In this document: piece by piece, positions 46,887-59,959 of the stretch
Numbering within the stretch: position 1 is the stretch's first letter
Layout of the letters: the number at the start of each line of letters is the position of its first letter
DNA from: Octopus sinensis
Taxonomy: Eukaryota
NCBI RefSeq assembly: GCF_006345805.1
Contig: NC_043000.1
Span: forward strand, 105,276,001 to 105,340,000
Length of the DNA stretch: 64,000 bases
Reading direction: 5' to 3'
Made by a program: the position numbers and the translations under genes
The notes under the pieces: generated by a model
The model's database searches: none
What the model was told of the DNA's origin: nothing
What the model saw: only the letters and a program-made list of their open reading frames with translations

Positions 46887-49800
46887 GCCTGGGATCGAAA
46901 AGTCATCAACTGGCACAAACTCTTCTCCGAATACGGACATGGATGGTCACTTGAACGGGAAATCCCCCAACTCGAGCCCTCCAAGTTCACCACCACAACC
47001 ACCACAGAAAGAAAAATGTAAGCGGAACAAATGGACCCGAGAAGAGTATAAAGAAGTAATATACGCTTATTACTATGCATTAGGTAGGCCATCTCAAGAG
47101 AGACACACCGCAAACTCTTACAGTATATGGAGAACACGGAATCAAGACAGTAGGCCCTATTTGGACGAGAACAAATTAGCAAATGTGAGGAGGGATATCT
47201 TTAGAAATAACAGACTCACAGACAGTGAAATAAGCGCGATCAAGCACGCAACGGAAAATTACATAAATATAAGACACAAAGGAAATGAAGAATCAGATGA
47301 ACAGTATAGCCCGCCACGAGGCTTAATTGAAAGACTACCATCTGACCAAAGTACGCAAAGGCCTGAAGATACAAGAAATTCTATTGTACCTGTTAAAGAT
47401 AGCCAGGAAAACGAAAAAACAACAGTAACTGAAGATCTCGCATTTGCTGAAGAACACAGAGAGTCTATAGCAGAAATGAGGCAGAAAATCCTGAATACGC
47501 TTGAAGTTGTAAGACATACAAGTATGAATGATAGAGAACCGCTTCATAAACTCTCAAATACAAACCAAAATAAAAAACAAATCCAAATTGGCAACTATGT
47601 AACAAATGAAATAATACGAGAATTAAAACCTGATTTTACTGAGTTAAATGAAATTATTTACGCTTCTGCTAGGGCAATTGAAACCAGCTGTATGCCCCCG
47701 AAAAAACAAAGAAAACAAAACCTGGGAAGAAATCAAACCTGGAGAAGTAAAATTGAAAAAGAGATTGAATTTATGAGAGGGGAAATATCAATATTAAATG
47801 AACTAATATGTGGAAATGATGTAAGATCCAGAACAGGAAGAAATATGAAGAGAAAATTTGGATCCTCACCAAGAGAAGAACTGATATCAATAAAAGAAAC
47901 CTGAAACAAAAAGTCCAAGCAAAAGCCCAAAGAATACGAAGATTTGAGAAGAGAAACAAGTTTTACAAGCAAAATAAGCTGTTCACATCCAATGCCAAAA
48001 AATTCTACAGAGAAATAGGGAAGGAGAAAGTAACCGTTAAAGACCCCCCTCCCAAGAAGAAGTTCAAAACTTTTGGAAAAGGATTTGGAGTGACAAGAAG
48101 ACGTACAACATAAATGCAGACTGGATTATACAAACTGAAGGATCCTACCAAAATTTACAACAACAAGCATGGGAAGACATCACAATAGCAGACCTAAGAA
48201 AGGCACTCACGAAGGCCCATAATTGGAAATCCCCCGGTAAAGATAGGGTGCCGAATTTCTGGCTCGCATCGCTCCCGTGCGCACACAGTAAGCTAGTTCA
48301 GCTGCTCAATGGAATTTTGAGAGACCCAAAGAAAACACCTGAATGGTTAGCAAGTGGCATTACTTACCTACTCCCAAAGAATAACGAAACCAACCTTCCA
48401 AAAAACTATCGGCCTATAACCTGTCTATCCACCACGTATAAAATCCTAACATCTATCCTGGCGGAGAAAACATATGCATTCATGGAGAAGAACGATATTT
48501 TCCCCATTGAACAAAAAGGGTGCCGCCGAGGCTCGTACGGATGCAAAGATCAACTGCTAATCAATCGTATGATCCTTGAGAACTGTCACAACAAGCGCAG
48601 AAATCTCAGCACCGCATGGATTGACTATAAAAATGCCTTCGACAGTATACCGCATCCATGGATCTTGAGATCGCTGGACATCTTCAAAATTTCCCCTGTG
48701 ATTTCAAACTTCCTGAAGCACAATATATCGTTGTGGAATACGAATCTCCAATTATACCACTCTAATGGAGTACTTGCCTCAGAAAATATAAACATCAACT
48801 GTGGAATTTTTCAAGGTGACTCACTTTCACCTTTAATATTCTGCATAGCCCTAATACCCCTTACAAGTGAATTAAACAGAACAAGGTATGGGTATAAAAT
48901 TGCCAATAAAAAAATAAGCCATCTATTTTATATGGATGACTTAAAACTTTATGGTAAAGACAATAATGAACTTGAAGGCCTATTGCGCACCGTGAAATCA
49001 TTCAGCGATGACATCGGGATGGAGTTTGGACTTGAGAAGTGTGCCAAGGCCACTTTCCCAAAGGGAAAGTGAAGACCACAAATTCAGTCGTGTTAGATGT
49101 TGACACAGTCATAAGAGAGCTTGAGCAAGAACAAACATACAAATATTTAGGATAAATGAAGGCTCTGGTATTCAGCATGCAAGCATGAAAGAGAAAATCA
49201 GGAAGGAATGTTATAGGAGAGTTCGTGCAGTCCTGAAATCTGAACTAAATGCACGTAACAAGGTGTTAGCTATAAATTCCCTAGCAGTTCCAGTTGTTAC
49301 TTATAGCTACAATGTGTTGAACTGGAATATGAGTGAAGTAAAGAATATAGATAGAAAAATACGCAAGCTGCTGAGTTGTAATAGGATGCACCACCCAAAG
49401 GCAGACGTAGATCGTCTTTACCTTCCCAGAGCCCAAGGAGGTCGAGGCCTGATCCAATTTGAACTAGCTTACAAAACAACCACAATTGGACTGGCCAAAT
49501 ATCTCGAAATATCGAATGACTGGATGCTAAAGCTCGTGGAAAATCACGAGAGACGAAAGAAGCTTCATTCTATCATCAAGGAAAGCAAAAAATTTGCTAT
49601 TGATCTCGTGCAGGATACCCAAACTGAACAACCCGAGGAAGTACGGCAACTATTGTTGCAAAGAAGGTGAAAATGATGGCAATGAAAAAAGCGCACGAGC
49701 AATTGGCTGATAGGTGGGAGGAGAAACCTCTGCACGGCAAATATGTGACCCGCAGCAAACAAGCTGATGTTGACCAGAAGCAAACCCTCGGTGGCTGCGG

Positions 49801-50676
49801 AGCTCAGGGCTAAAAGCAGAGAGCGAAGGTTTCATCCTGGCTGCTCAAGACCAAAGCCTATCAACCCGGAACTACCAGGCCAATGTGATGAAAAATGGAG
49901 CAGACCCAAAATGCCGATTCTGCAACGACATGATTGAAACAGTGGACCACCTAATCTCTGGATGTAAAGTCTTAGCACCAGTGGAGTATAAATTAAGACA
50001 TGACAGAGTTGGCCAATATCTCCACTGGCTAATAAGTCGGCATTACAATATCAAAACTGCCGACAAGTGGTATAATCACCACCCTGAGGCTGTAACTGAA
50101 GGAGAAAATGTAACCATTCTGTGGGACTTTCCAGTACATACAGACCGAACCATCAAGGCCAATAAACCAGATATTGTTGTGAAAGACCAAAACAATAAAG
50201 TTGCTTATTGATCGACATGAGCATCCCCTGTGATCATAATATCTCAGCGAAAGAGTTTGACAAGCTCAGAAAATATAAAGACCTACTCATTGAAATTGAG
50301 AAAATGTGGCATCTCAAGGGTTACACTACCAGTGATCGTAGGAGCACTAGGAATGATCAAGAAGGGAACCGAAAATTATATGAGAATGATCCCTGGCTTA
50401 CCATCCCTGCAAGAAGTGCAAAAGATTGTCTTAACTGGTACATCACACGTATTGAGAAGAGCATTGTCGATGTGAGAACTGTTGCTGCTCATGCATTTTA
50501 ATTTAACTTTAAAAAAAAAAATTTAAAAAAAATGAACGAACTACTGAGTTTGGTTTAATGGCCTACCAATATACACTATGAGTTTCTTTGCCCTAGGAGT
50601 CGGGAAGACACTCGGCAAGAAATGGAAGAAAATTTGAAAGAAGAAAAAAAAAAGTAATAATAATAATAATAATAAT
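46887..50676 (+). mobile_element. Apparently full-length R4/Dong-clade LINE (RT and RLE) between (TAA)n tracts
   Basis: ORF pieces 46939-47904 (KWTREEY... Myb-like N-terminus), 48248-49072 (RT: NYRPITCL, GCKDQLLI, GIFQGDSLSPL, FYMDDLKLY), 49185-49670, 49885-50211 (CRFC...HLISGC knuckle, RHD, KPDIVV) and 50230-50475. About 8 frameshifts. Confidence 0.93.
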
Positions 50677-50809
50677 GACAATAATGCCCTGATGCAGTAG
50701 CAGGTAGTAGTTCTCATGGCGTCTGATCTTAACTGATTGGAAGTGTTATCATGTACTGGGTTGGCAACTAAGTTCCCGCCGTCTTTTTTAAATTTTGGAA
50801 TATTAATTA

Positions 50810-51790
50810 ATATATGTACATACCTACATGTATATGTATATATACATGCATATATGGGTACAGGACATTAAAAAAAAACGTTGAACACAATTGGAAACGA
50901 AAACATAAAAACAAAAACATAGAAACGAACTTTTTTTCGAACAATGAAAAATAACAGAGAAATGAGACGTACAACATAAAGAATATTCCCCTTCTTCAGT
51001 TGTCCCTGTTTCATCTACTCCACGTAGCGAAGGCAAGAACAAGACGCAACTTCGTTGAAACAGTCCTTCCCAAAAAGCAATTTAAATAAAATTTGGGATT
51101 CTTTACAGTGGGTGAAAGTGGTAACAAAAACAGGATAGTGAGAACAAAACAGTAAAAACAATAAAAAAGTAAAAACAGTAAAAAACAGAATAATGAGAAC
51201 AAAGCAGTAAAAACAAACGATGAGGGCAGTTAAACCAAGACGATGGAAAAATTATTCTGAACTTTTAGGAAGATGAGCTTATGAAGAGACAGGATAAGCA
51301 CGTTTAGTCTTTGCGAAGGTAGTAGTCAGAAAGATAGATTCCCTCTCGTCACGTGTCAGCGACGAGAGAGTCGAGGAGGAGGAGGAGGAGGAGGAGGAGG
51401 AGTGAGAGAGAGGGAACGGTGAAAGGGAGAGGAGAAGAATAGGGAAGGGTGGGAGAGAAAACCAGAAAGGATGAAGAACAAGAGGGTGAGAGAGATAGAC
51501 AGAGAAGAGATAGTAAAGATAGAAGAGTGCGCATCGTAATTATTAAGATAAAACTTATTGGAAAAAGATGCGTGGCGTTCAATCATATAATAATATAAAT
51601 AATATATAAATATATGCATATATACATATATATATATATACATATATATATATGTATATATACATGCGCATATAGGTACAGGACATTAAAAAAAACGTTG
51701 AACACAATGAGAAACGAAAACATAAAAACAAAAACATAGAAACGAGACATACAACATAAAGAATATTCCTCTTCTCTCTCTCTATATATA
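50810..51790 (-). mobile_element. ~820-bp element with ~110-bp terminal direct repeats, Penelope-LTR-like
   Basis: 'gtacaggacattaaaaaaa.cgttgaacacaat..gaaacgaaaacataaaaacaaaaacatagaaacg' occurs at ~50857 and ~51676; internal purine-rich tract. Confidence 0.6.
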
Positions 51791-51808
51791 TATACACACA
51801 CACACATC

Positions 51809-51842
<34 letters not shown>

Positions 51843-51989
51843 TGTATGTATGTATGTATGTATGTATGTATCACAAAACAACTGCGGCTCATAGTTTCAC
51901 GTTCCCGTTCGTCGGAGCTACAATAAAGCATATTACTCTACTACCGGCATTCGAGTACTATTTTTTCCATCTTGTTTCACATTTATGTG

Positions 51990-52460
51990 CTTACACGGTA
52001 AGAAGCTTGCTTCCCAGTCACATGGTTCTGGGTTCAATTCCATTGCAGGTTCAGTTCCAGTGAGAGGATAAGACGATTACATCGACTTCAGTGCTCAACT
52101 GGTACTTGTTTTACCGACTCTGCAAAGTCGACCTCGGTGCAATTTAAACTGAGAGCGTAATGACAGACGGAATACCTGCAAGCCTTTTGCCCGGAGTGCT
52201 AACGATTCTGCCCGCTTGCCGCCTTAAATGCTATTACATAACATTCTTTTCTACTCTAGACACAAGGCCCGAAATTTTGGGAGAGGGGGGCCAGTCGATT
52301 AGATCGACTGCAGTACACAACTGGTACTTAAGTTATCGATCCCGAAAGGATGAAAGGCAAAGTCGACCTCGACGGAATTTAAACTCAGAACGTAAAGATA
52401 GACGAAATACCGCCTAGCTTATCGCTCGACGTGCTAATGTTCCTGCCAGCTCGCCGCCTT
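51990..52460. mobile_element. Cluster of SINE fragments in both orientations
   Basis: Type-A head at ~51995 and reverse-complement 'ggcagaa..cgttagcac' family copies at ~52070-52220 and ~52290-52460. Confidence 0.6.
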
Positions 52461-53612
52461 AAATGTTATTACATAATATTAAGAAGAAATATGTACACGA
52501 ATTTCAAGCTAAAAGTTAATGAATATAAATCACAAGAAACTCTTTCTCTAGAGATATGATCGGTTCTGGAATGTATTTCACCCTAGTAACTATAATAGCC
52601 ATTACTACTAACTATTACTACTAACCACTATAGCCATCACTACTAATTATTATGGCCACCAGTATATGAATAAAACTGTGTTGCTAAGTAACTATGTTTG
52701 AATTATTTTTTCTTAGATAGACCGTTTTTCGTTTTTCGCGTAACTGATTCTTGTTTTTTTATAATAATCAAGCAAGTCGTAGCTCTTCCAGGAGATATCA
52801 ATATAAAAGCAAAATTTCGATAAACAAATTTAAAACAATAACTCAGCAATAATGTTTTCTCTAAATTACTTTACATCAGCGCTAGAAATAATATCTGTGG
52901 GAGTATATTAATTGTTCTATGGTGCGTTATGCAATTTCCCTTGTATTTTTTAACTGCGTAGGCATGTCCGAGTGGTTAAGAAGTTTGTTTTGCGACTATG
53001 TGGCTTCAGGTTCGAGCACACTTCGCAGAAGCTACCTTAGGCACGTGCCTTCAGCTGTAACTTCGGTTTGATGCCTTATAAGTGGAATTTGATAAATGGA
53101 AATTGTGTGAAAGCCTTTGTGTTGGGAGAGCATTTTTTATTGTTTTGTGGTAAACTTATTCTGTCACCTGGTTTTATATCACTAGTTGGTCTTTAAGTAT
53201 ATTTAGTAGGATACATTCAGTTCTAAGCATTAGTGTCAGGTCTCCTGTCTGAGAAGAATTTCAATCTTTCTTCCTTCCCACTTATTGAAATCCAATGAAC
53301 TTGGAAGCGAGATTCTTAATTACATTTTATAGCCATATAACCCCGTAAGAGAGGCGCTAAAGAAAGGCGTGTTGATTAACACAGCAAAGATCCAATTTGG
53401 TCAGATGTGTTTGTGAGGGATATACGGCTCCGAACATAGCTGATCTGCAAAGCAATATACAGGTTGGTTACGCACACCACCAAACGTGTTCCAGTCACAA
53501 GTCCCTGTTTGAAGCTGTCGCCATTCGTTCCATGTTCGTTCTATTGTTCCAGTTAAACAAGCCCAAATTTTACTACACACACACACACACATATTTATAC
53601 ATATATGCATAC

Positions 53613-53650
<38 letters not shown>

Positions 53651-53737
53651 AAAAGAAGAACAAACATAAAAAAAGCAACATGAGGACGTGGTACATGTAA
53701 AGTATCAGGAGACGCTCAAGGAAGGAAAGAAAAATGG

Positions 53738-53768
53738 CTCAACGTTTCGAATAACGCTCTTCTTCAGA
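53738..53768 (-). ncRNA. Degenerate minimal Penelope-type hammerhead motif in a short (TA)n-anchored element (~53650-53860)
   Basis: Minus strand CTGAAGA-A-GAGCGTTATTC-GAAACGTT; upstream 'tggactttcctct' is shared with the 6822 copy. Confidence 0.5.
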
Positions 53769-53977
53769 AACAGAGGAAAGTCCAGTAGAAAGGAAGATGG
53801 AGGAAGGAAATCACCAAGATTCACATCGAGTTCGATGATGACCATCTTGACTTGTGGATTCTTTGATTATATATATATTAAAATATAGATATATAACATG
53901 TATTAACTTAATAAGGCCAGGACGAACTTCTATTAAGAATAGCCAAGTACAATATTCTTATATATATATATATGTAC

Positions 53978-54030
<53 letters not shown>

Positions 54031-54106
54031 TATACATATATACATACACATATATATATATACATATATATATACATATATATGTGTGTGTGTGCATGTA
54101 TGTATG

Positions 54107-54149
<43 letters not shown>

Positions 54150-54970
54150 ATGACGACAGTACGAACTTCTATTAAGTATAGCCAAGCACTATTTTCTTTT
54201 TCTTTTCCAATATTTTCAATAAGTTAATTTAATATATAATCAGAATCAAAATTCAATTCCCACTCTGACATTCTATAACATAAAAGTTGCAGACAAATAT
54301 ATTAATATTGTTTCTCCTCTCGTCTACCGGTCATGTTTCATGTCGTCTGCTTTTTTTTTTTTTTTTGCTAATATAACACAATGTGTCTTCTATTGTCTGC
54401 ATGTTTGTTTATATATGTTTGTATATATATATTATATATATATATATATATATACACATCGTTCTTTTTTAACCCTTTTTCCGTATCCATGATTTTTACT
54501 TCCTTTCTTACCTAGTATCTCACAGTAGTTTTTTCCTCTATTTTTCTTTTCCAATGTCAGAATACATATGCATATACAAGCAAATCACCGCCCTAACATA
54601 TAAGATTTGTAATAAATTTCATAGTGTTAGAAATGGTGTTAGAACCTGGTGTCAGAACCTTGTGTCAGAATCTTGTGTTAGTCGAGTACAGAGAGTAATA
54701 AGAGATTGTACTAATGACAAAGTAACAAGAAATCATGAAATCAATTTCCTTAGCTAACGGCTGTTTCTGCTATAAGATGCAATGCATTCATATTTGGGCG
54801 CCTGTGTATCATTTTACAGCTTCATCGGAGGTTCAATATATGTGTGTGCGTGCGTGTATGTGTGTGTGTGTGTTTATGTGGAGAGAGCGGAAGGAAGCTA
54901 CACACACACCCATGTGTTAAATCTCTATTATAAAACTAGTGATTATAAACATACATACATGTATATATTA

Positions 54971-55076
<106 letters not shown>

Positions 55077-56987
55077 TATGTATGCATGTACGTATGTATA
55101 GAGTTGAATTTTACTACTTTGACTGCACACAGTCATTGGACTGCAGTCAGACCGAGCACCCACATGAAAAGATTACCAATCGTTAATTTTGAGAGTGTAT
55201 ATATTAAAGTAAGAGAGAGAGAGAGACTGAAATACAGAACTATCATATTAATGAAGCTGTATGCTGAACATAAAAACAATAAAATTCTTAGGAATCTTTA
55301 AATATAAAACTTTAAACAATATAGTGGGAAAATAATATCACGAAATATTTAGATTGATATATTGTTAATGACATGCAAGGAAATGTAGACCTGACACGAT
55401 AACAAAACGTTACTGATAAAAATAAATTTTTAATAAAATGAAAGGATATGAGACAAAAAACGCGTTAAAGTGGAATGTTAATGAAACGATTAGCTATGTC
55501 TAATTTTATTGATAACGTGAAAGCAAGTTCATGAAAATTTAAAGAAAACGATTATATATGCATTAAGTCATAATTGTAGGAAACGATAATAACGGAAAAT
55601 TAAGGAAATATACGTAAAAAGGCTTTGAACTTCGACATCTACAAATGCAACAACTGTGGAAGAGGGGGTTTCTCTTTTCATGCAATGACGTAACTGTAAA
55701 GTTATGTTCAGATGGACACTAGTCGAAAGCAGTAAAAACACGGACAAACAAATTTAGTCATCAATTGTTTTGGACACGTGGGATGAGAGAGGGGAAAGAG
55801 TGAGAGGGAGAGAGAGAGAGAGAGAATGTATGTGTGTGTGTGTGTGATGTTATATGTTAGTGTCTGGGTGTTAGTGCGTGTATTTACAGTCCCTTAGTGT
55901 GCGCGAGGTGCGTGGCAGGCATATCGCAATCATAAGGTGCAATCCTAATGCGTGAAATCTTGGGCAAGTGTCTGCTATCATAGCATCGGGTCAATCTAAG
56001 TTTTGTGAATAAAATTGGGCTTGGTTCGTAGAATGGAATCTACCTGTAATTCAAAGGGGTTTCTGTTTCTATCTGACGATTAGGTTAAGAGTTAAAATGT
56101 CTGCGGAATATTCAACCACTCATACAATAATTCAACGAGAATGCAGTTCAGATAATAGAATAACTTGAATGCCGATCGTCGAAACTGGCAGAAGATGCAT
56201 TTATTATATTGGTTTCAAATGTTGACACTTACGGTATAAATTATCGGCACTTTGCCTTTCAATGCCCTTAACGGGGTCTACCCTCTGGCAAGTAATTGGA
56301 TTAGGTCTTTGGACAAACAACATATTGTTCTTTTTCTTTTCCCTGTCATGGACGCTCTAAAGAAAGGTCATGAACGCTGCACTCCCTCCTACGAGTGTGA
56401 ACAAAGAGCAATATGAAATGTGAATATAATGGTATTTGTGTGTTTTAAATGACTGCTGTGTTTCGGTTTCAAAATACAGCCTCAAACCAGGTCACTAGTG
56501 AAAGAAAAAAGCGCAACTCATATATGCATATGATATTATATCATATATTATATATGTTTGTCTTTATGCATTTATGAACCAAACTGTAGGGTACAACTTC
56601 ATCGACTACGGATACCAGACCCATCGTTCATTGACCACTAAGAAAAGCTGTTCTTATAATTAAACAGCAAATAGTACATTTGTTGATGTGCACAAAGATC
56701 TGTCAAGATATAATTAATTAACCTGAGGTGCACGAAACATCCTTGATTGAAATATAGGTGTGTACAATTATATCTAACACGTTCATGTACTACTGGACGT
56801 GGAAAAACCTTCGCTGTAGAAATTATCTCGTAAAAAACTCTTTTTATAAACATCTGTGGCAAAGCACCGTCGGGATAGGATTGACACCATAAACCATAGG
56901 ATGCATACGTTTCTACGTCATATTCGTCGAGCGGCGTATCCAACAACTAGGCGAGAAAGTTATAAGAAATTTGATTTCACTGTTGAG

Positions 56988-57048
<61 letters not shown>

Positions 57049-57430
57049 CGATATACAAAAACAACCTAAAGAATTATATTGAGTGAAACCGAGTGAATTG
57101 TTCAGCCGTTCCTGATAACAGGACAAAGTGTCTGTCTGTGCAACAACATCGTGTGTCCCAAAGCTCACAGTCGTGATATCAGATTTCGACGATTGTGAAC
57201 TTCAAAAACATTCTCGAAGGAGTGTTTTACTTGGTCATATGTAAAACTAAATATTGTTATGTTAAAGTGGAGCAATATGTATTGGTTGGTACGTATGTTC
57301 TGGTTTTGCATTTAAAATTTCTTACCATTATAGAAAGAAGCGGCCTCAAACCCATAAACAGGATAAAAGAACGTGTATGTCACTGCATGTATGAATTTGA
57401 ATGGATTTGACATATGACTGTGCACGTATG

Positions 57431-57509
<79 letters not shown>

Positions 57510-58315
57510 CTGAGAATGTGTGTCTGTCTGTGTGTTTCCCTAACACTTGAGAACTACATAACCAATTTCATTCAAATTTTACACATGCCTTACTTAGGGT
57601 CCATGTAGTTTCATGGGCAAAAAAATGTTCACCTTCTTGCCTAGGGCGAGCCCATAGCAATATCATATCTTCTCCACTATTTCAGTATTACGTGTTAAAA
57701 GTGAAACAAAAACATCTCTCTATTTTATGTCAGATACTTTCACTTTAACAATAAAAATTAGAGATAATAATAACAATTGAATTATATGTTTACAATGTAG
57801 AGAGAAAAAAAGATTTGAACACCTGGAGGAAAGCACCATTGAAAAGTGTCTTGGTGCGACTATGAAAGATATCAAGTATCTAAGCAGAGGCGGTAAATTC
57901 GCCACAATAGAAGCAAGGTTCGAGTCAACGGAGCGTGCAAGGGAGTACTCGACTCGAACCTTGCAAGGTGGAAATATTTTATTTTTACCTTTATATCTCG
58001 GACGTAGGACATCCCGGATAAAAATTTAAAATGTCCCCCCAGAAGTAGAGGTAGGCTGGATTGTAGCCACACTTCTATACAAGAGGGAGAACAAGATACA
58101 ATTGATCGAAATTGCAAGAGACGGGCCAACAATTCCAGTCTGTTATATATTTTGAGTATTGTTATCACTAGCGATATCAAGATATAACTTTGTATTTTGT
58201 ATGTTATGTGTAGATGTATATATATAAATGTACATGTAATATGTACACATATATATATACACATATATACATGCACTAGCACTATGACCCGACAACGCCG
58301 GGTCATAATGCTAGT
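57510..58315 (+). mobile_element. Non-autonomous Helitron-related (DINE-like) element
   Basis: Starts from a TA run with 'aactgagaatgtgtgtctgtctgt...accaatttcattcaaattttacac'; ends with a GC-cored hairpin followed by CTAG|T at 58311-58315. Confidence 0.55.
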
Positions 58316-58385
58316 ATATATATAGATATATATATATATACACATACATACATGCATACATATATACACACACATATATATATAA

Positions 58386-58428
<43 letters not shown>

Positions 58429-58630
58429 TATATGTATATGTATGTATATGTGTTATGTTTTATTTATATTTTTTATAATATTAATGTAGAACATAGAATA
58501 TATAGTATAAATAGTATATATATAAAATGAAATGAAGTATTGATTGTCTTATTGAATAGATAGAATATTGAATATCAAATATTAAAGGACTAGTATACTT
58601 CCTTGCATTTTAGCACTCTTATATATATAT

Positions 58631-58826
58631 ATATATACAGGCGTAGGTATGGCTGTGTGGATACAGGTGCCGGCGTGGCTGTGTGGCAAGAAGCTTGCTT
58701 CTCAACCACATAGCTCCGGGTTTCAGTCCCACTGCGTGGCACTTTGGGCAATTGTCTTCTACTATAGTCTCAAGCCGACCAAGACCTTGTGAGTGGATTT
58801 GATAGTAAAAAACAGAAAGAAGCCTG

Positions 58827-58830
<4 letters not shown>
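58631..58830 (+). mobile_element. SINE with duplicated head
   Basis: 'caggcgtaggtatggctgtgtgg' is followed by 'caggtgccggcgtggctgtgtggcaagaagcttgc...'; body matches 541-720. Confidence 0.75.
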
Positions 58831-58865
<35 letters not shown>

Positions 58866-59123
58866 TAGTGATCGCCAACAATTCCAGTCTGTTATATATT
58901 TTGAGTATTGTTATCACTAGCGATATCAAGATATAACTTTGTATTTTGTATGTATGTGTAGATGTATATGAACCCGGAGCTATGTGGTTGAGAAGCAAGC
59001 TTCTTGCCACACAGCCACGCCGGCACCTGTATCCACACAGCCATACCTACGCCTGTATATATATACACGAAACATTCCTGTCACAACCAGGGACCTTGAA
59101 GAGTGCTAAAATGCAAGGAAGTA

Positions 59124-59550
59124 TAATATCCAGTAACGCTGCCGTAATCTCCTTTAGAGAGACTTAGTAATTTTAATATTTCTATTATTGAAAACAAGTG
59201 GATGTATTCCACTGTAACTAGGTAAAGAAAATCTTCGAACAGACGCTCAGTAGCGACACCTGCGGGTCTGACTACGCTGCATTGATAAAAGGCAACAACC
59301 CTGAAACATGTCTGCAGATGTCTGACTAGCAAGGTGAAGCGGCTGACCTCCCCTGTTCGAAGGTTTGTAATGGACGCAGGTTCGTGAGTCAAATAGCTAG
59401 CTAGAGGCGATGGCCTCTTGGAGCTAATCAACGACAGCTTTAGTCTTATATTTATAGACTACCATATTAGTATGGCGATAACTATTAATATCCAGTAACG
59501 CTGCCGTAATCTCCTTTAGAGAGACTTAGTAATTTTAATATTTCTATTAT
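59124..59550. mobile_element. 362-bp-period element with 65-bp terminal direct repeats ending at (TA)n
   Basis: 59124-59188 is identical to 59486-59550. Confidence 0.8.
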
Positions 59551-59557
59551 ATATATA

Positions 59558-59615
<58 letters not shown>

Positions 59616-59639
59616 GATATATAGATATATATAGTTATG

Positions 59640-59835
59640 TGAGTGTGTCTCTGTGTTTGTCCCCCTTCCACCATCGCTTGACAACCAATGTTTGTGTGTT
59701 TCCATCCCTGTACATAGTCAGTTCGGCAAAAGTGACCGATACAATAAGTACTAGGCTTACAAAGAATAAGTCCTGGGGTAGATTTCCTAGGCTATCCAGC
59801 ATGGCCACAGTCAAAATGACTGAAACGAGTAAAAA
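59640..59835 (+). mobile_element. SINE body module
   Basis: Matches 721-925. Confidence 0.65.
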
Positions 59836-59959
59836 TAATAAATGCACACACACACACACACACACACATACAAACACATGTATACTCTTTTTACTTGTTT
59901 CAGCTCGAGAACTGCGACCATGCCGAGGCACTATCGTTAGTTCTCCTACGATTTCATTA

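Noticed and set aside
50985-51070. Minus-strand CTGAAGAAGGGG as a hammerhead
   Set aside because: No downstream GAAA or stem III in the required order.
56638-56946. 102-aa minus-strand ORF containing 'YGLWCQSY' after a plausible acceptor
   Set aside because: GLW-C resembles claudin loop 1 but there is no preceding TM helix or second cysteine at the right spacing, and no convincing partner exon. RNA-seq would be needed.
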